Shown: positions 25,786-39,577 of the stretch, piece by piece | Layout: every line of letters begins with the position of its first letter | How positions within the stretch are numbered: the first letter of the stretch is position 1 | From: Octopus vulgaris | Taxonomy: Eukaryota | DNA length: 64,000 bases | Assembly: GCA_951406725.2 (NCBI GenBank) | Contig: OX597825.1 | Coordinates: 7,192,001-7,256,000 of the forward strand | Reading direction: 5' to 3' | Position numbers and translations under genes: made by a program | The notes under the pieces: model-generated | What the model was told of the DNA's origin: nothing | Seen by the model: only the letters and a program-made list of their open reading frames with translations | The model's database searches: none

Positions 25786-26019
25786 CGGTTGTTGATGATG
25801 TCATTGAAAATGACAACTGTGATAACTGACAATAATGATAATGATGAAGTTAATATATAAAAAAAAATCAATGTTAACTGTTAGAGGGACAAAAATCACA
25901 ATAAATATTAACGTTTATATAATATTGTTTTGTAATTGGAGTCGTTAAAATAAAATATTCATTATCAAAAGAACTTTGGTAAATTACAAAGCTAGAAGCC
26001 TAGCAGTATTCTCTCTTCT

Positions 26020-26465
26020 AAAGGCGGTGGGTGAGCTGACAGAAATGTTAGCATGCCAGGCAAAATGCTTAGTGGTATTTTGTCTGTCTTTACATTCTGA
26101 GTTCAAATTCCACTGATGTCGACTTTGCCTTACGTCCTTTTGGGGGTCAATAAATTAAGTACCAGTTGTGTACTGGAGGTCGATCTAATCGACTGACCCC
26201 CTCCCCCAAAATTTCAGACTTTGTGCCTAGAGTAGGAAAGAATATTTGAAAAACCAAGAAAGGCAGTGAGCTGGCAGAAACACTAGCATGTTGGGCAAAA
26301 TGATTAGTGGTATTTTATCTGTCTTTACATTCTGAGTTCAAATTTCACCAAGGTCGACTTTGCCTTTAATCGATAAATTAAGTACCAGTTGTGTACTGGA
26401 GTCGATCTAATCAACTGACCCCGCTCCCCCAAAATTTCAGGCCTTGTGGTTAGAGTAGAAAAGAA
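26020..26465 (+). mobile_element. Two head-to-tail SINE family A copies
   Basis: Heads near 26020 and 26260, each ending in tagagtag(g/a)aaaga. Confidence 0.9.
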
Positions 26466-27414
26466 AAGAATATTCACTCTGCTAACCCCTGGATGTTACA
26501 TTATGAAAACAATAAGTAAATAAAGGTAAATAACAAGAATATTGCGCTTCAAAACAAAAAAAAAGAAAGTCTTTAGCATTTCAAAACAACATTTAGAATG
26601 GAAGAAAGTGCTTGGAACCTAAACAATAATAATTTCTCTCTTAAATAATAGCCACACTAATCAGCACCAACACACACGAACATTGCCACGTCACATCCAT
26701 AATTTAATCAAAAAAGTATTTAATTTCAAGTAGGTTGTATGATACATAGTGCTAAATAATTACAGGCCTAATGAAATTTACCAGTCAAACGAGGAATCCA
26801 ATTTGCTGTGTCATACTGCAGCAAGATTACAGAGATGTTGTTATTTAACTTGAGTTTGGTGATGTGGAAGCTGTTTGAGACTGACACCGCTAAAGTAGGG
26901 GAAACTAATGGAGTGAATTATAAGGTGGTTATATTCAAGAATTTCAAGCACACAAACGTCATACTCTTACAAATTAAGACAGTTTCAAAGACATGAAGAT
27001 AAAAACTAAATATACTGAAGCAAACATCTCATATTTTGGAGTATCTCCTATATTTTTACATGAAAAAAAAAAAGTAACTGAGATGAGCAACTGGGCCATT
27101 TCCACAAAGAAATATAATATAAACAGTTATTTGTATTGAGGAATGGTACAAATTTTATACAATTTAAATATCAATCAGAACTGGCTGCTAATAAAATGCA
27201 AATAATAGAAATCTGATATTATAAATATATATATTGATTTAGCATTGTCAAAATATATCAAACTGAGGTCCCTCTAAGCTATGAGAGACAAACATTTATT
27301 TGAATATCTTAATTCTACTTTTCTGCCTGTCTTCTCTCCCACCCTACTCTCTCTCTCTCTCTCGCTCTCTTCCCTATGAGTGTATGTGCGTGTGATATAT
27401 ATATATATATATGT

Positions 27415-27458
<44 letters not shown>

Positions 27459-27467
27459 AGCATATGG

Positions 27468-27700
27468 AAGGCGGCAAGCTGGCAGAAACGTTAGCACGCT
27501 GGGCGAAATGTTTAGTGGTATTTCGTCTGTCATTATGTTCTGAGTTCAAATTCCGTGGAGGTCGACTTTGCCTTTCATCCTTTCAGTGTCGATAAATTAA
27601 GTACCAGTTATGCTCTGGGGTCGATGTAATCGACTTAATCTCTTTGTCTGTCCTTGTTTGTCCCCTCTATGTTTAGCCCCTTGTGGGCAATAAAGAAATA
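27468..27700 (+). mobile_element. SINE family A copy (tail type 2)
   Basis: Full head and body plus tgtctgtccttgtttgtcccctct...gccccttgtggg tail. Confidence 0.9.
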
Positions 27701-27829
27701 ATATATATATATAAACATATGGATATGTGTGTGTGTATGTGTACATGCACATACTTAGAGAGAGATACTAACAAGTACAGTGAGACAGAAAGATAGAGAG
27801 ACAACACGACAGGCAGCTGGACAGTAAGA

Positions 27830-28120
27830 CAGGTTGTGAGTTCAATTCCAGGACCATGCTGTGTGTTATGTTCTTGGGCAAGATACTTTATTTCATGTTG
27901 CTCCAGTTCACTCAGCTGTAGAAGTGAGTTGTGACATCTCTGGTGCCAATCTATAGTGGTCCCTTTGCCTTTCCCTTGGATAACATTGGTGGCATGGAGT
28001 GGGGAGGCTGATATGCATGGGCAACTGCTGGTCTTCCATAAACAACCTTGCCTGGACTTGTGCCTTAAAGGGGAACTTTCTATATGCAGTCTCACAGTCA
28101 TTCATGACCGAAGGGGGTCG
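27830..28120 (+). mobile_element. SINE family D copy
   Basis: Homology to 30220-30558. Confidence 0.8.
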
Positions 28121-28810
28121 TTACCTTTTATAACAGAAATACTATGAATTGTACAGAAGTTGGAATCTGTTGGTGTATGCAGTGGAATGCACCAAACACA
28201 ATATGATTTATGCTGGTTGTCCTACAGAAAAAAAAAACTAAATAAAAGATTCAAAGAGTAATGGTTTGGCATCATGTACAATAAGAGTAGTTTGACAGAA
28301 CTTGCTGAACATTTTACATGAAATGGTAGTAAATTTGAGAAACACGTGAACGTAAACATTTTAAGAAAATATTCTGAATCTACAGCACTTTCAGTCCTCA
28401 AATCACATGAGGATAAATATATTCGTGAATTGCTAAGTCACGCCCTGGAGGAATGAATAAAATGACAGGAGAATTCCATCATATTTACTCAAAACTTTTT
28501 GATTAAGTGTTCTCTTTCCTGCTTTCTTTTTCTTCTTCTTTCTTTTTTTTTTTTCTTTGCTGTCAGTTATGAGGAAGCAAAAGATGACGATGATGTTTTG
28601 ACTAAAAAGGAACACAGGATATTCTAGTTCAAATTTTGAATTTATTTCTTCATATTCATTTTGAACCTGAGAAAGACAGACATACAGTCGACAGTCATAC
28701 AGTTGAAATATTGTTCAATTCAGTAGAGTCAATCTTTATTCATTAAAAATCATATTACACTCTTCTTTATTATCATTACCTCTGCCTTAAGGAAGGCAGA
28801 GGTAATAATG

Positions 28811-28970
28811 TACACTCTGTGGAGTGATTGGCATTAGGAAGGGCATCCAGCTGTAGAAATTAAGCCAAAACAGACTAGAGTCAGGTGCAGCTCTCTAGCT
28901 TATCAGTTTCGATGACACCTCTAACCTATGCCAGCATGGAAAGTGGACACTTGATGACGATAATGATGAT
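28811..28970 (+). mobile_element. RTE-tail repeat family E copy (diverged)
   Basis: ggcattaggaagggcatccagctgtagaa motif and (GAT)n tail. Confidence 0.75.
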
Positions 28971-29446
28971 ATGTGTGTATGCATATATATATATATATAT
29001 ATATATATTTTAAATAAATAATATATATATCTATGCATACATACAAGCATATATGTACATACTTACCTCTATACATATGTATGTATGTCATCATCATCAT
29101 CATCGTTTAACGTCTGTTTTCCGCGCTAGCACGGGTATGTATATATATATATATATGACAAATGAATATATATGACTAAGGAAAATAGTCTTATAATGGG
29201 GCATATAAGCACTCAACAGAAAAAAGTAGGCTTTCCCAAATGCACGAGACTTGAACCCACATCCCTTTGTTAATGCAACTGTATTACCCTTATACCAGTG
29301 AACTAGCCTCCCTGTTTCTGTCAAATTTAGGAACTATATTGGTTTGTAGTTGTTTTGTGTAAACAAACTTCTATGTACTTTCGGTGCGAATGGTTTTGTT
29401 ATACACTGTCGAGTTTTGCAATCCTGTAAATAATAATATTTTTTAC

Positions 29447-29480
<34 letters not shown>

Positions 29481-30219
29481 GTATCCATATATCTTTAAGT
29501 ATTGAAAATTTGACAAAATTTCAAAATCAGTCGCTTTTACTTTCAAGCTGTGTACCATTTTATTCATCAATTTTATGCGTAATTTGATTTAGTTATGCAG
29601 AATATCCTGCATATTTATAGAATATATTCCACCATATATTCTGTAAGAACCAAAGTTCAGCAAATTTAACTTGAGATAAGTAGATACACACTGGAAAAGA
29701 ACTGAATGAATAAAAATGGAAAGCAAAATTTCTATGATCATGGTAAAAAGAAAGAAGGGAAAGAATATTTGCGGTTTGGGTCTGATCAGAAACATGTTAA
29801 ACATAGCTAAAAAAAAAAAAAAAAAGTGACTATGGATTTATTTCAGAAAGAACAACAGATATATTTAAAAAAATTGATATTGTTTGAATGTGTTGAAATC
29901 TTGATACAAAAATAAGGAATATAATAAAAAAAAAATTAAAAAATGGGAGCCTATTTTTTTTTCTTTGTGTCAATCAATAATTGGATAGGAATCTATTGGC
30001 AGGAGATTGTGATGAAATAGAGGGGAGAAACACAACCTTTATTCTAATGGTTTTAACATGTATCTATTGACTTCATGTGCGTAGTTCATCTATTTTGGTA
30101 CAAACACCAGTTAATGGGGTTCTTTAGAGGTGTATGTACATGTGCAAGCTCTATTTAGGATTCACAAAGAGACAAAATATATATGAGTATGTATATGTAT
30201 GTAAGTATATATGGAAGGG

Positions 30220-30558
30220 TGAAGGCACATGCTCAATGGTTAGAGTGTCGAGCTTACGATTGTGAGGTTCTGAGCTCAAATCCTGGACTGGGCTGCGTGT
30301 TGTGTTCTTGACCAAGACACTTTATTTCATGTTGCTCCAGTTCACTCATCTGTAGAAATGAGTTGCAACGTCACTGGTGCCAAGCTGTATCGGCCCCTTT
30401 GCCTTTCCCTTGGATAACACTGGTGGCATGGAGAGGGGAGGCTGGTATGCATGGGCGACTGCTGGTCTTCCATAAAACAACCTTGCTCGAACCTGTGTCT
30501 GAGAGGGTAACTTCCTAGGTGCAATCCTATGGTCTGTGTCATGACCGCAGGAGGTCTC
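30220..30558 (+). mobile_element. SINE family D, near full length
   Basis: tRNA-like head, central domain and 3' region shared with copies at 27830 and 31922. Confidence 0.85.
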
Positions 30559-31659
30559 AGATATATGGAAGGATGGATGGAAGAATGGAGGGAGGGATAG
30601 GTACCAAGGAAATGTATTGCATTCTCCCAATGTCTGTGCTCAATTTTCAACCCTTTCTATCACCAAACCCTTATAAGAATCTGACATAAAATTTACAGTC
30701 AGTAACCGTACGATGTATATGGAAGTTACTAGTATAAATCTGTATAGCTGTGTGTGTGAAGATAGATAGAGAGAGAGAGAGAAAGGAAGTGGTAGTAGTT
30801 GGTGGTAGTGGTGGTGATGGTGTTGGTAGTGGTCCAAATAGACACTAGACTTGGCTGGAACACTTAGCAAGACAAGAGAAAAACCTGAATAAGACAATTG
30901 CTCCGATAATTTTGCTTTCCCAAGAGAGTCGTGATTTAAAGACAAAGAGATGTTCCATGACTAAAACTCTTCTACTAAATCTGAAGGAAACGGTGATTGG
31001 TAACGTCTACAAACACAGCACTTTAAGACAAATGATAAGACAGAGAAAACAAATTTGGAAGAAATGTAAAGAAAAATGGTCTGAAAGTTGGGGGAAAAAA
31101 AACAAAAATAAAACCAACATTATCTAAGAATAGAAATAAAAAAATAAAGAAAAATATTAAACAGATAACTGGTTTCCAATATCCCAGCTGGGAGATCTCC
31201 TGCCCCTTTTCTCTATCCAACATATTGCAAGTAACGAACGACATTGTTGTAGCCTAGAATTGCTGACTAAAGGGATTAATGGACATTGTTCAGTGTTTTA
31301 GAAGTCATAGAAAATGAAACAATATTATTGTTTTCCTTTGTTGTAAGTCTCCTATAAAAGATATCACAAGAAGTCTCTGTTCCATTCACAGTGAGAAGAA
31401 TAGTTATACAATACAGCAACAGACCAGTATACTAGTTAACCAGTTACCAGTGAGCTGGTAGATCAGTACACTAGCACGCTAGTGGACAAATGCGTTTTTT
31501 TTTTGTTTTTGTTTTTTTATATATCTCCTACACTTTAATAGAGCAGCAAAATTATGTATAACAAAATGAGGCCCAGGTGGTTGTAAATCTCAGCAGCTAA
31601 CACTAGGTTACAGTTTCAAACTCTGATGTTAGTACTACTTCAATATATTATATGATCTC

Positions 31660-31891
31660 AAGGCGGCAAGCTGGCAGAAATGTTAGCACACCAGGCGAAA
31701 TGCCTAGTGGTATTTCGTCTGCCGCTACGTTCTGAGTTCAAATTCCGCCGAGGTCGACTTTGCCTTTCATCCTTTCGGGGTCGATAAATTAAGTATCAGT
31801 TATGCACTGGGGTTGATATAATCGACTTAATCCCTTTGTCAGCCCTTGTTTGTCCCCTCTCTGTTTAGCCCCTTGAAGGTAGTAAAGAAAT
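31660..31891 (+). mobile_element. SINE family A, little-diverged full-length copy (tail type 2)
   Basis: CpG-rich; aaggcggcaagctggcagaa...gagttcaaattccgccgaggtcgactttgcctttcatcc. Confidence 0.9.
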
Positions 31892-31921
31892 ATATATTAT
31901 ATGATCTTTATGCAATAAAGT

Positions 31922-32590
31922 GAAGGTGGTTATAGCATTGGGCCCGCAATCATGAGATAGTGAGTTCATTTCCTGGACCGGGCTGTGTGTTGTGTTCTTC
32001 AGAAAGTCACTTTAGTGCACATTGGCTCCAGTTGATTCAGCCTTTGCCTTTCCTTTGGACAACATCTGTGGTATGGAGAGAAGAAACTGGTAAGCATGGG
32101 TAACCGCTGGTCTTCCATAAACAATCTTACCTGGACTTCTGCTTTGGAGGGTAACTTTCTAGGTGCTATATGGCTCAGAAACCTGGACGTTATCAAAGAA
32201 GCTTGAGAGGCGGTTAGATGAAACTTACACTTGCCTCCTTATGAGAGCTCAAAATCTCTTGTGGAAGCGTCATCCAACCAAGGTACAAATATATGGGAAA
32301 CTTCCACCTGTATCATCTCTTGTGAACGGTAGAAGAGTCCAGTTTGCTGGACATTGTTGTAGAGCTGAAAACAAGGTAATTTCTACTCTTCTCCTCTGGA
32401 AGCCATCTTCTTGCGATACCAGAGGGTGCACACTCTCTTACCCTGATGTAATCTCTAGGGATACAGGCATCCAGCAACAGGACCTCTGTAATGCTATGAT
32501 GGACCGTGAAATCCGGCGTAACATAGTAAATTCCATTGTCTCGACCACGGTCAAACAATGATGATGATCTAGGTGCGATTTCATTGTCAT
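31922..32590 (+). mobile_element. SINE family D copy interrupted by an RTE LINE insertion
   Basis: SINE sequence stops at tctaggtgc (32158-32166) and resumes at the duplicate tctaggtgc (32568-32576). Confidence 0.75.
32167..32567 (+). mobile_element. 5'-truncated RTE/RTE-X-like LINE (C-terminus of RT ORF)
   Basis: LYGSETWTL...RLD..YT.LL...RRVQFAGHCCR motifs; (TGA)n tail; 9-bp TSD TCTAGGTGC. Confidence 0.9.
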
Positions 32591-32884
32591 TATATATATA
32601 TACATGCACGTCTGTATATGCATAATGATGATTATATAAGTGTGTATCAGCAAAGGTCTATTTCTTGTGATGGGTTCCAAGTTCTGCAGCAGACATTAAA
32701 ACAAATATCCCATGCATGTTTTCCTCGTTGTTGTTGCTTGTTGACCAGAACTGATCCTGTCAATCTTGATTAAGCAAACCAAAACTTAAAGATATTTTGG
32801 CAGTCTGCCTCACTGGGGGTGTTTGGGCAAATCTGTATCTAATATGCGCTCAGCCCAGACATACATAAAGTCAATGTTTAAAAG

Positions 32885-33165
32885 TATTCTTTTATTCTTG
32901 TATTCTTGTATTCTTTTATTCTTGTATTCTTGTATTCTTTTATTCTTGTATTCTTATGTTCTTTCACTTGTTTCAGTCATTTGCCTGTAGCCATGCTGGA
33001 GCACTGCCTTAAAGGGTTTTAGGCTGAGAAATCAACCCCAGGACTTATTCTTTGTAAGCCTAATACATATTCTATCGATCTCTTTTGTTGAACCACCAAG
33101 TCATGGGAATGTAAACACATCAACACCAGTTGTCAAGTGATGGTGGGGGGACAAACACAGACACA
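32885..33165 (-). mobile_element. SINE family B, 3' half with expanded (tattctt) tail
   Basis: Homology to 14167-14370. Confidence 0.8.
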
Positions 33166-33306
33166 ATGACATGCACTCATAGATATATACATTCATACAT
33201 ACATACATTTATATATGTATATATATATATATATACACATCGACTGGCCTCCTCCCCAAAAATTGTGGGTCTTGTGCCTAGAGTAGAAAAGTTTATGAAT
33301 GTTGTA

Positions 33307-33521
33307 AAGGTGGTGAGCTGGCAGAAACCTTAGCATGCTGGACGAAATGCATAGTGGTATTTCGTCTGTCTTTACATTCTGAGTTCAAATTCCACCAAAG
33401 TTGACTTTGACTTTCATCCTTTTGGGGTCAATAAATTAAATACCAGTTGCGTACTGGGGTCAATCAAATCGACTGGCTCCTTCCCCCAAAATATCAAGCC
33501 TTGTGCCTAGATTAGAAAAGA
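33307..33521 (+). mobile_element. SINE family A copy (preceded by a tail fragment of another copy at 33240-33291)
   Basis: Family homology. Confidence 0.85.
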
Positions 33522-34529
33522 TTATATATCAGCAAGCTATGAGCTGTTTATCTTAATACCCAATCGACACAGTTATTCTTTCCACCCCAACAATTCCACT
33601 TCTATGTTTGAGCAGGTAGAAATATTTAATTTGTCATATTTTATTTAGATACACTTCACGAAACATAACTTGCAGTTAATTAACATCTTAATAGCAGAAA
33701 AATATGGGCTATGCATGACTGAATATGTTAAAAATAAAAAAATCATCTTGTTTATTTTTGTTTTAGATTTTAAGTTTCTTTCTTTATTTGTTCATGTATG
33801 ATACAAATAAAGAAGGCATTTGTAGTCGAATTATGGAGGAATCGGTAATAATGGTTGTGGTGATGATGATATTATTAATATTGGTAAAAGGTGCTGGGAT
33901 GGTGGCGCTAATAATGATAGAGGTAAAAGTAATGTTGTTGCTGTGAGTCATCAAAATAATGATTATGATAATGATGATAGTAGTAGTAGTAATAGTAGTA
34001 GTTGTAGTGTTAGTAATAATGATATTAAACATAGTTCAGCTGATGGTAATAATAGAAGACAGCATTGGTAATAATACTAATAATGATTATAATGATAATA
34101 ATGATGATGATGATGATGATGCTGATGGTGATGCTGACGCTGATGGTGATGATGATGATATTGGTATCATTATTGATTGGCAGCAACAGTGGTAGTGAAA
34201 TTATGAAATTATTAAGCAGAATAATAATCAAAATTAAATAGAAAGAAAGAAAGGATAGTCGCAAACAAAGGTGAATGTGTGTTGAAATATATCGATCAGA
34301 GTGTACAAAAGAGGAGAATAGGTTGTTTTACATTTAGAAAGACTAAGATGTATACTAAGGTACTAAGGTACTGAGGTACTATGGTTTTGGGGGTAGATGC
34401 GGCTAAATTTAATCTCTAAATATTTGGAATAAGAATATAAATGTGTGTGTGTGTTTGCGTGTGTGTGGTGAGTGGGTACAGAAGGTGGCCAAATGATGGG
34501 GTCATTAGAACATCAGAAAGACCCTCCTC

Positions 34530-34677
34530 CTCTTTCTCATCATCATCGTCATCATCCTCATCATCATCATCATCATTGTCATCATTATCATTGTCATCAT
34601 CATGATCATCATGATCATCATTGTCATCATCATTGTCATCATGATCATCATCATCGTCATCATCATGATCCTCATTG

Positions 34678-34714
<37 letters not shown>

Positions 34715-34790
34715 TGTCATTATTGTCATCACCATCGACGTCATCATCATCATCATCGTCGTCATTGTCATCATCATCTTCATCACCCTT
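34530..34790. repeat. (CAT)n trinucleotide microsatellite (expanded RTE-type tail)
   Basis: Read directly; abuts the family E remnant at about 34790-34985. Confidence 0.95.
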
Positions 34791-35559
34791 TAACATCTGT
34801 CTTCCATGCTTGAATGTGTTGAATTGTTTGACAGGAACAGGCTTGTCAGACGACTGCCCCCCCCCCCCAGCTCCCCTATCTGTCTCAGCATGATCTTCAC
34901 TACTGGAGATGCCCTTCCTAAAGCCAACAACAATACAGTGTGGACTGGATGCTTTTTACAAAGCACCAGCACATAACATGTCACCACCATCATCATCATC
35001 ATTGAACGTCCATTTTCCGTGCTGGCATGGGTTGGATGGTTTGACCAGAGTTGTTAAGCCCAGTGGCCACACCAGGCGCCAGTGTCAGTTCTAGCATGGT
35101 TTGTAAAGCTGGATCCCCTTCCTAACATCATATATATATATATATTCATATATATTCATATATACATATAGGTGCAGGTGTGGTAGTGTGGTAAGCAGCT
35201 TGCTTACCAACCACATGGTTCTGAGTTCAATTCCGTATATATGATGGACTCTCCTCTTGAGGACAACACATGAGTGCTCAGCTTTTGCCGAATGATCTGC
35301 CCAAAGGATTTGTTTTTAATGACCAAATGCTTCTTCCCCTCATTAGCTCTCTCTCCATCATATCAACGTTGTCTGAAGAGATTCATAAGTGTACAACCAT
35401 ACATGAATGAGCGTCCAATAATACTATACTTGTTCCACATCCTCGCGTTGTTGTGTTTTCTCTTTGTGTTTTCATGTTTAAAAATACATGCAGGAAGGAT
35501 AGGAAAATATTAGATTTTTAAGCCTTAAAAATTCACTCCATAATTGTCCATGGGAATAT

Positions 35560-35793
35560 ATATTTCTTTATTGCCCACAAGGGGCTAGACATAGAGGGGA
35601 CAAACAACAACAGACAAAGGGATTAAGTCAATAACATCGACCCCACTGCGTAACTGGTACTTTATTTATCGACCCCGAAAGGATGAAAGGCAAAGTCAAC
35701 CTCGGTGGAATTTGAACTCACAACGTAACGACAGACGAAATACAGCAACGCATTTCGCCTGGCGTGCTAACGTTTCACCCAGCTCACTGCCTT
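35560..35793 (-). mobile_element. SINE family A copy (tail type 2)
   Basis: Reverse complement of the 27468-27700 family. Confidence 0.9.
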
Positions 35794-35864
35794 AGTGGTT
35801 AAGTGCACGGGCTACTAACCCCAAGATTCCAAGTTTGATTCTAGGCAGTGACCTGAATAATGAT

Positions 35865-35910
<46 letters not shown>

Positions 35911-36031
35911 TCAAAAAATACCTTAGGAATGAGAACCCAGGTTTGAAATTTCCCCGAGACACCTGATGAAGGCTGGAAGATATATCAGCCGAAACATTGT
36001 GTTAACAGTGAAGATGAGGACAAATATCCGT
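35793..36031 (+). mobile_element. Hammerhead-bearing tRNA-SINE (family H); hammerhead at 35958-36003
   Basis: tagtggttaag..ggctactaacccc..gtttgattc head; (AAT)n; gacac-CTGATGA-a-ggctg..cagcc-GAAA-ca-TT-gtgtt. Confidence 0.85.
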
Positions 36032-37304
36032 TACTCAAGAGTCTAAAGCTATTTTCCATGTATCAAATTCTAATTTAGTCAAAGAAAGAAATTTTGTAAT
36101 GTCTTTTTTAAACACTCCACATGTTGTTGCTGTTGTTATTGTTATTTAACCCCAAACTACCTATAATTGAGTGGTTTATGAAAGTGGGACCAGCTTATAC
36201 ATTTGTGCATTAAGGACAACTCTATCAAATGTATATGTTCATAAGAGGACAGAGTATGAATTAAAGGAAATTTGGCTGCTATTTTAAGCTGGTTGAGTAA
36301 TGATGTAGAAGCTGTCTCATTATGCAGAGGGAGATTAGATAACAGTGAGATCAAAAGGACCACAAATAGGGAGAATTGGCATAGTACTTCTTTCTTTTTT
36401 TTTTGAAGGATATTTATAACCAGACAAGTTATAATGAAAGTTTTCAGAAGAGTCAAGTTAAAATCACAATCATAAAGAACATTGCAATTTTTCTAACAAG
36501 AAGAACCGATGTTAAATTACATCTCTTGCTAAATCTAATGAGATGTTCATAGAGAACAAAATAGAAATAACTCGATGGCTTGTAGTTGCTGACTATGAAA
36601 AGGCATCGACAATAGCAATTACAATAATATTAATGGTTGTTATGTTGGTCCATATTTTTGCTTGTAGTTGGAGAGGAAATATGACATAAAATAAGGAAAT
36701 AACAGAAGAAAAAAATAATATGGGAGAAATTACTCAAAATATGAGATTAAAGATATTTTGTTATTATAGAATGCTTTCTTTAAAATTGCGGTTTTGTTTT
36801 TCATAATTTTGTTCTATTTTTTGTATTTATTAAGTTTACAAATAAATTTACAAATAACTTCAGAATGGGAGGAAGAGTAAAGAATACGAATCTCTCTTGG
36901 ACTGTGGAGCAAAAAAGAAAAGTCCATTGTTTGACAACAATCTCTGTACAACAGCACAAAAACCAATGTCTAGTCTATATGGCTCCATTTTTACAGTTAT
37001 TCTAAAGCAGACTGCATTATAACAAAGTTGGAAGGGAGATTTATGGCGAATTTGATGGAACTTTTTTTTTATTCTTTTACGTCTGTGATGCAATTGAATA
37101 CAAGGGTCTTTTGTGATGATGAAGCACTAGCTGGGTGTTATATGATATATATTACACTTTGGGCTGATATAAATGGATGTACGATAGTCTCTCTCTCTCT
37201 CTCCCTCTCAATATATATACAGGATATATATATATATATATTACTCTACCACTGGTATTTGAGTACTTTTTTTCCACCTTGTTTCACATTTATGTGTTTA
37301 CTCC

Positions 37305-37379
37305 GGTATATATATATATATACATATACATACATACATATATACATACATACATATATGTATATATGTATGTATGTAT

Positions 37380-37413
<34 letters not shown>

Positions 37414-37438
37414 GTATGTATATATGTATATACATATA

Positions 37439-37520
<82 letters not shown>

Positions 37521-37537
37521 ATAATATATATACATAC

Positions 37538-37568
<31 letters not shown>

Positions 37569-37720
37569 ATATATGTGTATATATATACATATATATATAT
37601 GTGTGTATATATATACACATATATATATATACACATATATATATATACATGTATATATATACATATATTTATATATATATATATTATATATTCATACATA
37701 TATGTATGTATGTATATATT
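37305..37720. repeat. (TA)n-rich microsatellite
   Basis: Read directly. Confidence 0.95.
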
Positions 37721-38278
37721 ATCCCATGGTGAATACACACGGCAATATATTACTGTACTGTCAATGAGTGTTATGCTCTGCAAAAGTTAGTGTTAGATGT
37801 TGATGGTTTACCTGAGATAAATTTTTATAACAAATTTCAGCTTTAACTGACAACTTCTGCACAGCATAAAATTCAATTTAGCTAACAATTTCTGTATTGT
37901 AATAAAATGAAGTGTTACCGGTATGTAGTATGTATGCTGCAAAAAAAGAAAAAACACAGTGTATTGTGTCATTTTGTATTGTTACCTGTAAAAGTGAAGA
38001 TGGTTCAGTCAGTTCTATTACATAAGATGATTCAATTCCAGTGTTACAGCTAAGACTTATTTAAGTGTCTTCTCTCATCTTTCTTGTCTGCATAAGTATT
38101 ATTAGCGATGGTAGATGAAAACTGATCTTTCCAAATGTGAGATTGATATTTTATCCATACACTCATTATACTTTAGAGGTGGAGAAATGTGGTAATAGTC
38201 AATTAGTAAATAATTCTGTTTAAAAAAAATCAGAAAGAAAGAAAACGAAAACTAGAGATTAATATACAGTTCTATATT

Positions 38279-38520
38279 TAAGAGATGAGGAATTATGGAC
38301 ATTATTTACATTTGATGGATATTTGTCCTCAACTTGTTTGTTGTTAACACAACGTTTCAGCTGATATACCCTCCAGCCTTCATCAGGTGTCTTTGGGAAA
38401 TTTCGAACCTGGTTTCTCATTCCTAAATTATTTTTTGATGTTATTATTATTATTATTATTATTGCTTGGAATCGAACTTGGAATCTCGGGGTTAGTAGCC
38501 CGCGCTCTTAACTACTACGC
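38279..38520 (-). mobile_element. Hammerhead-bearing tRNA-SINE (family H) with complete 3' tail; hammerhead at 38346-38391
   Basis: Minus strand gacac-CTGATGA-a-ggctg-gagggtatat-cagct-GAAA-cg-TT-gtgtt; B-box gttcgattcc. Confidence 0.85.
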
Positions 38521-39508
38521 TATCTTATGTCCAGCAAATATAACATTATATTGATTGGAGTGTTATTTATTGTGGCCAACCTATTGCAGTGTTTGAACAA
38601 GTGACACACATGCCCTTATCAAGAACTGCCGCTTTCAGTATTACATAAGAGATCAGATGTATAAGAAATTATTTAATATTAGTTTGTGTTTGTTTTAATG
38701 TTCATATATTGGAATGGAAATTGACTTATTACTTGAATCAACATTGATTTATGTTGCACATAAATTCATATATGTGTACATATTTATGTTTGTTATAGAA
38801 ACCTTAGAATTAACACACAAATCATTATATGTCTGTATGTTGATGCATATTATAGAAATCTCATTTCAACATTCAGTAATCTTAGTTTGTTGGGTCCTCG
38901 ACATCTACTGAGTTGTAACACAACTGCATGCCTAAGGTATTTTAAACCAGGTGAAAATCATCTGAATACTTCCAGAGAGGAGATATGACCTAAAGCTAGC
39001 ACACCTAAATAAACACTACTGATTACAAAGATTTACATATCTAATTAAACGCTGAACAATAGCCTCCAATTTCCCAAAACAAATAGGTAAAATCTTCTAT
39101 TGGTGTTAAAATACCTACTAGTAAAAAACATTTAGACATCTGTTGACCAACTAACCCTCTCATATACTTTCTTTTGTGAATCCAAGAAAACAAACCCAAT
39201 GACCTGAAACTGACACACACGGTTAGACAAGCTAACAAAATTTTACACACTCATGACTGAACTCTAAACAAGAATGCAGCTCTAAATTTAAACACTGAAA
39301 TCTGCTTTAATACTTTTCCACCAGAATCAACCTAAATCCTAATTATCACTCAGCATATTTTCACCTACCACAGAGTAAAAACAAAACCCAAACTTACCAG
39401 AAATTAAATATAGCACAGTCCTGTGAAGGTTAATAGGTCAAAACATTGATGTCACTGAAACCACTTTTATTGCAAGTATATATGTATCTATATGTATATA
39501 TGTGTGTG

Positions 39509-39577
<69 letters not shown>

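Noticed and set aside
28775-28806. Palindrome attacctctgcct-taagga-aggcagaggtaat
   Set aside because: Matches the 5' inverted repeat of the Helentron-type element at 3681; a TE remnant rather than a terminator or RNA gene
29240-29308. tRNA gene on the minus strand (and other tRNA-like heads in the window)
   Set aside because: A/B-box-like motifs only; I could not fold a convincing cloverleaf, and the other heads continue into SINE bodies
34416-34893. Poly-Asp / poly-His / poly-Ser ORFs
   Set aside because: Translations of a (CAT)n microsatellite that is the expanded tail of an adjacent RTE-type repeat
35813-35819. TACTAAC branch-point consensus
   Set aside because: It is the anticodon-loop-like region of the family H tRNA head, with no adjacent pyrimidine tract and AG
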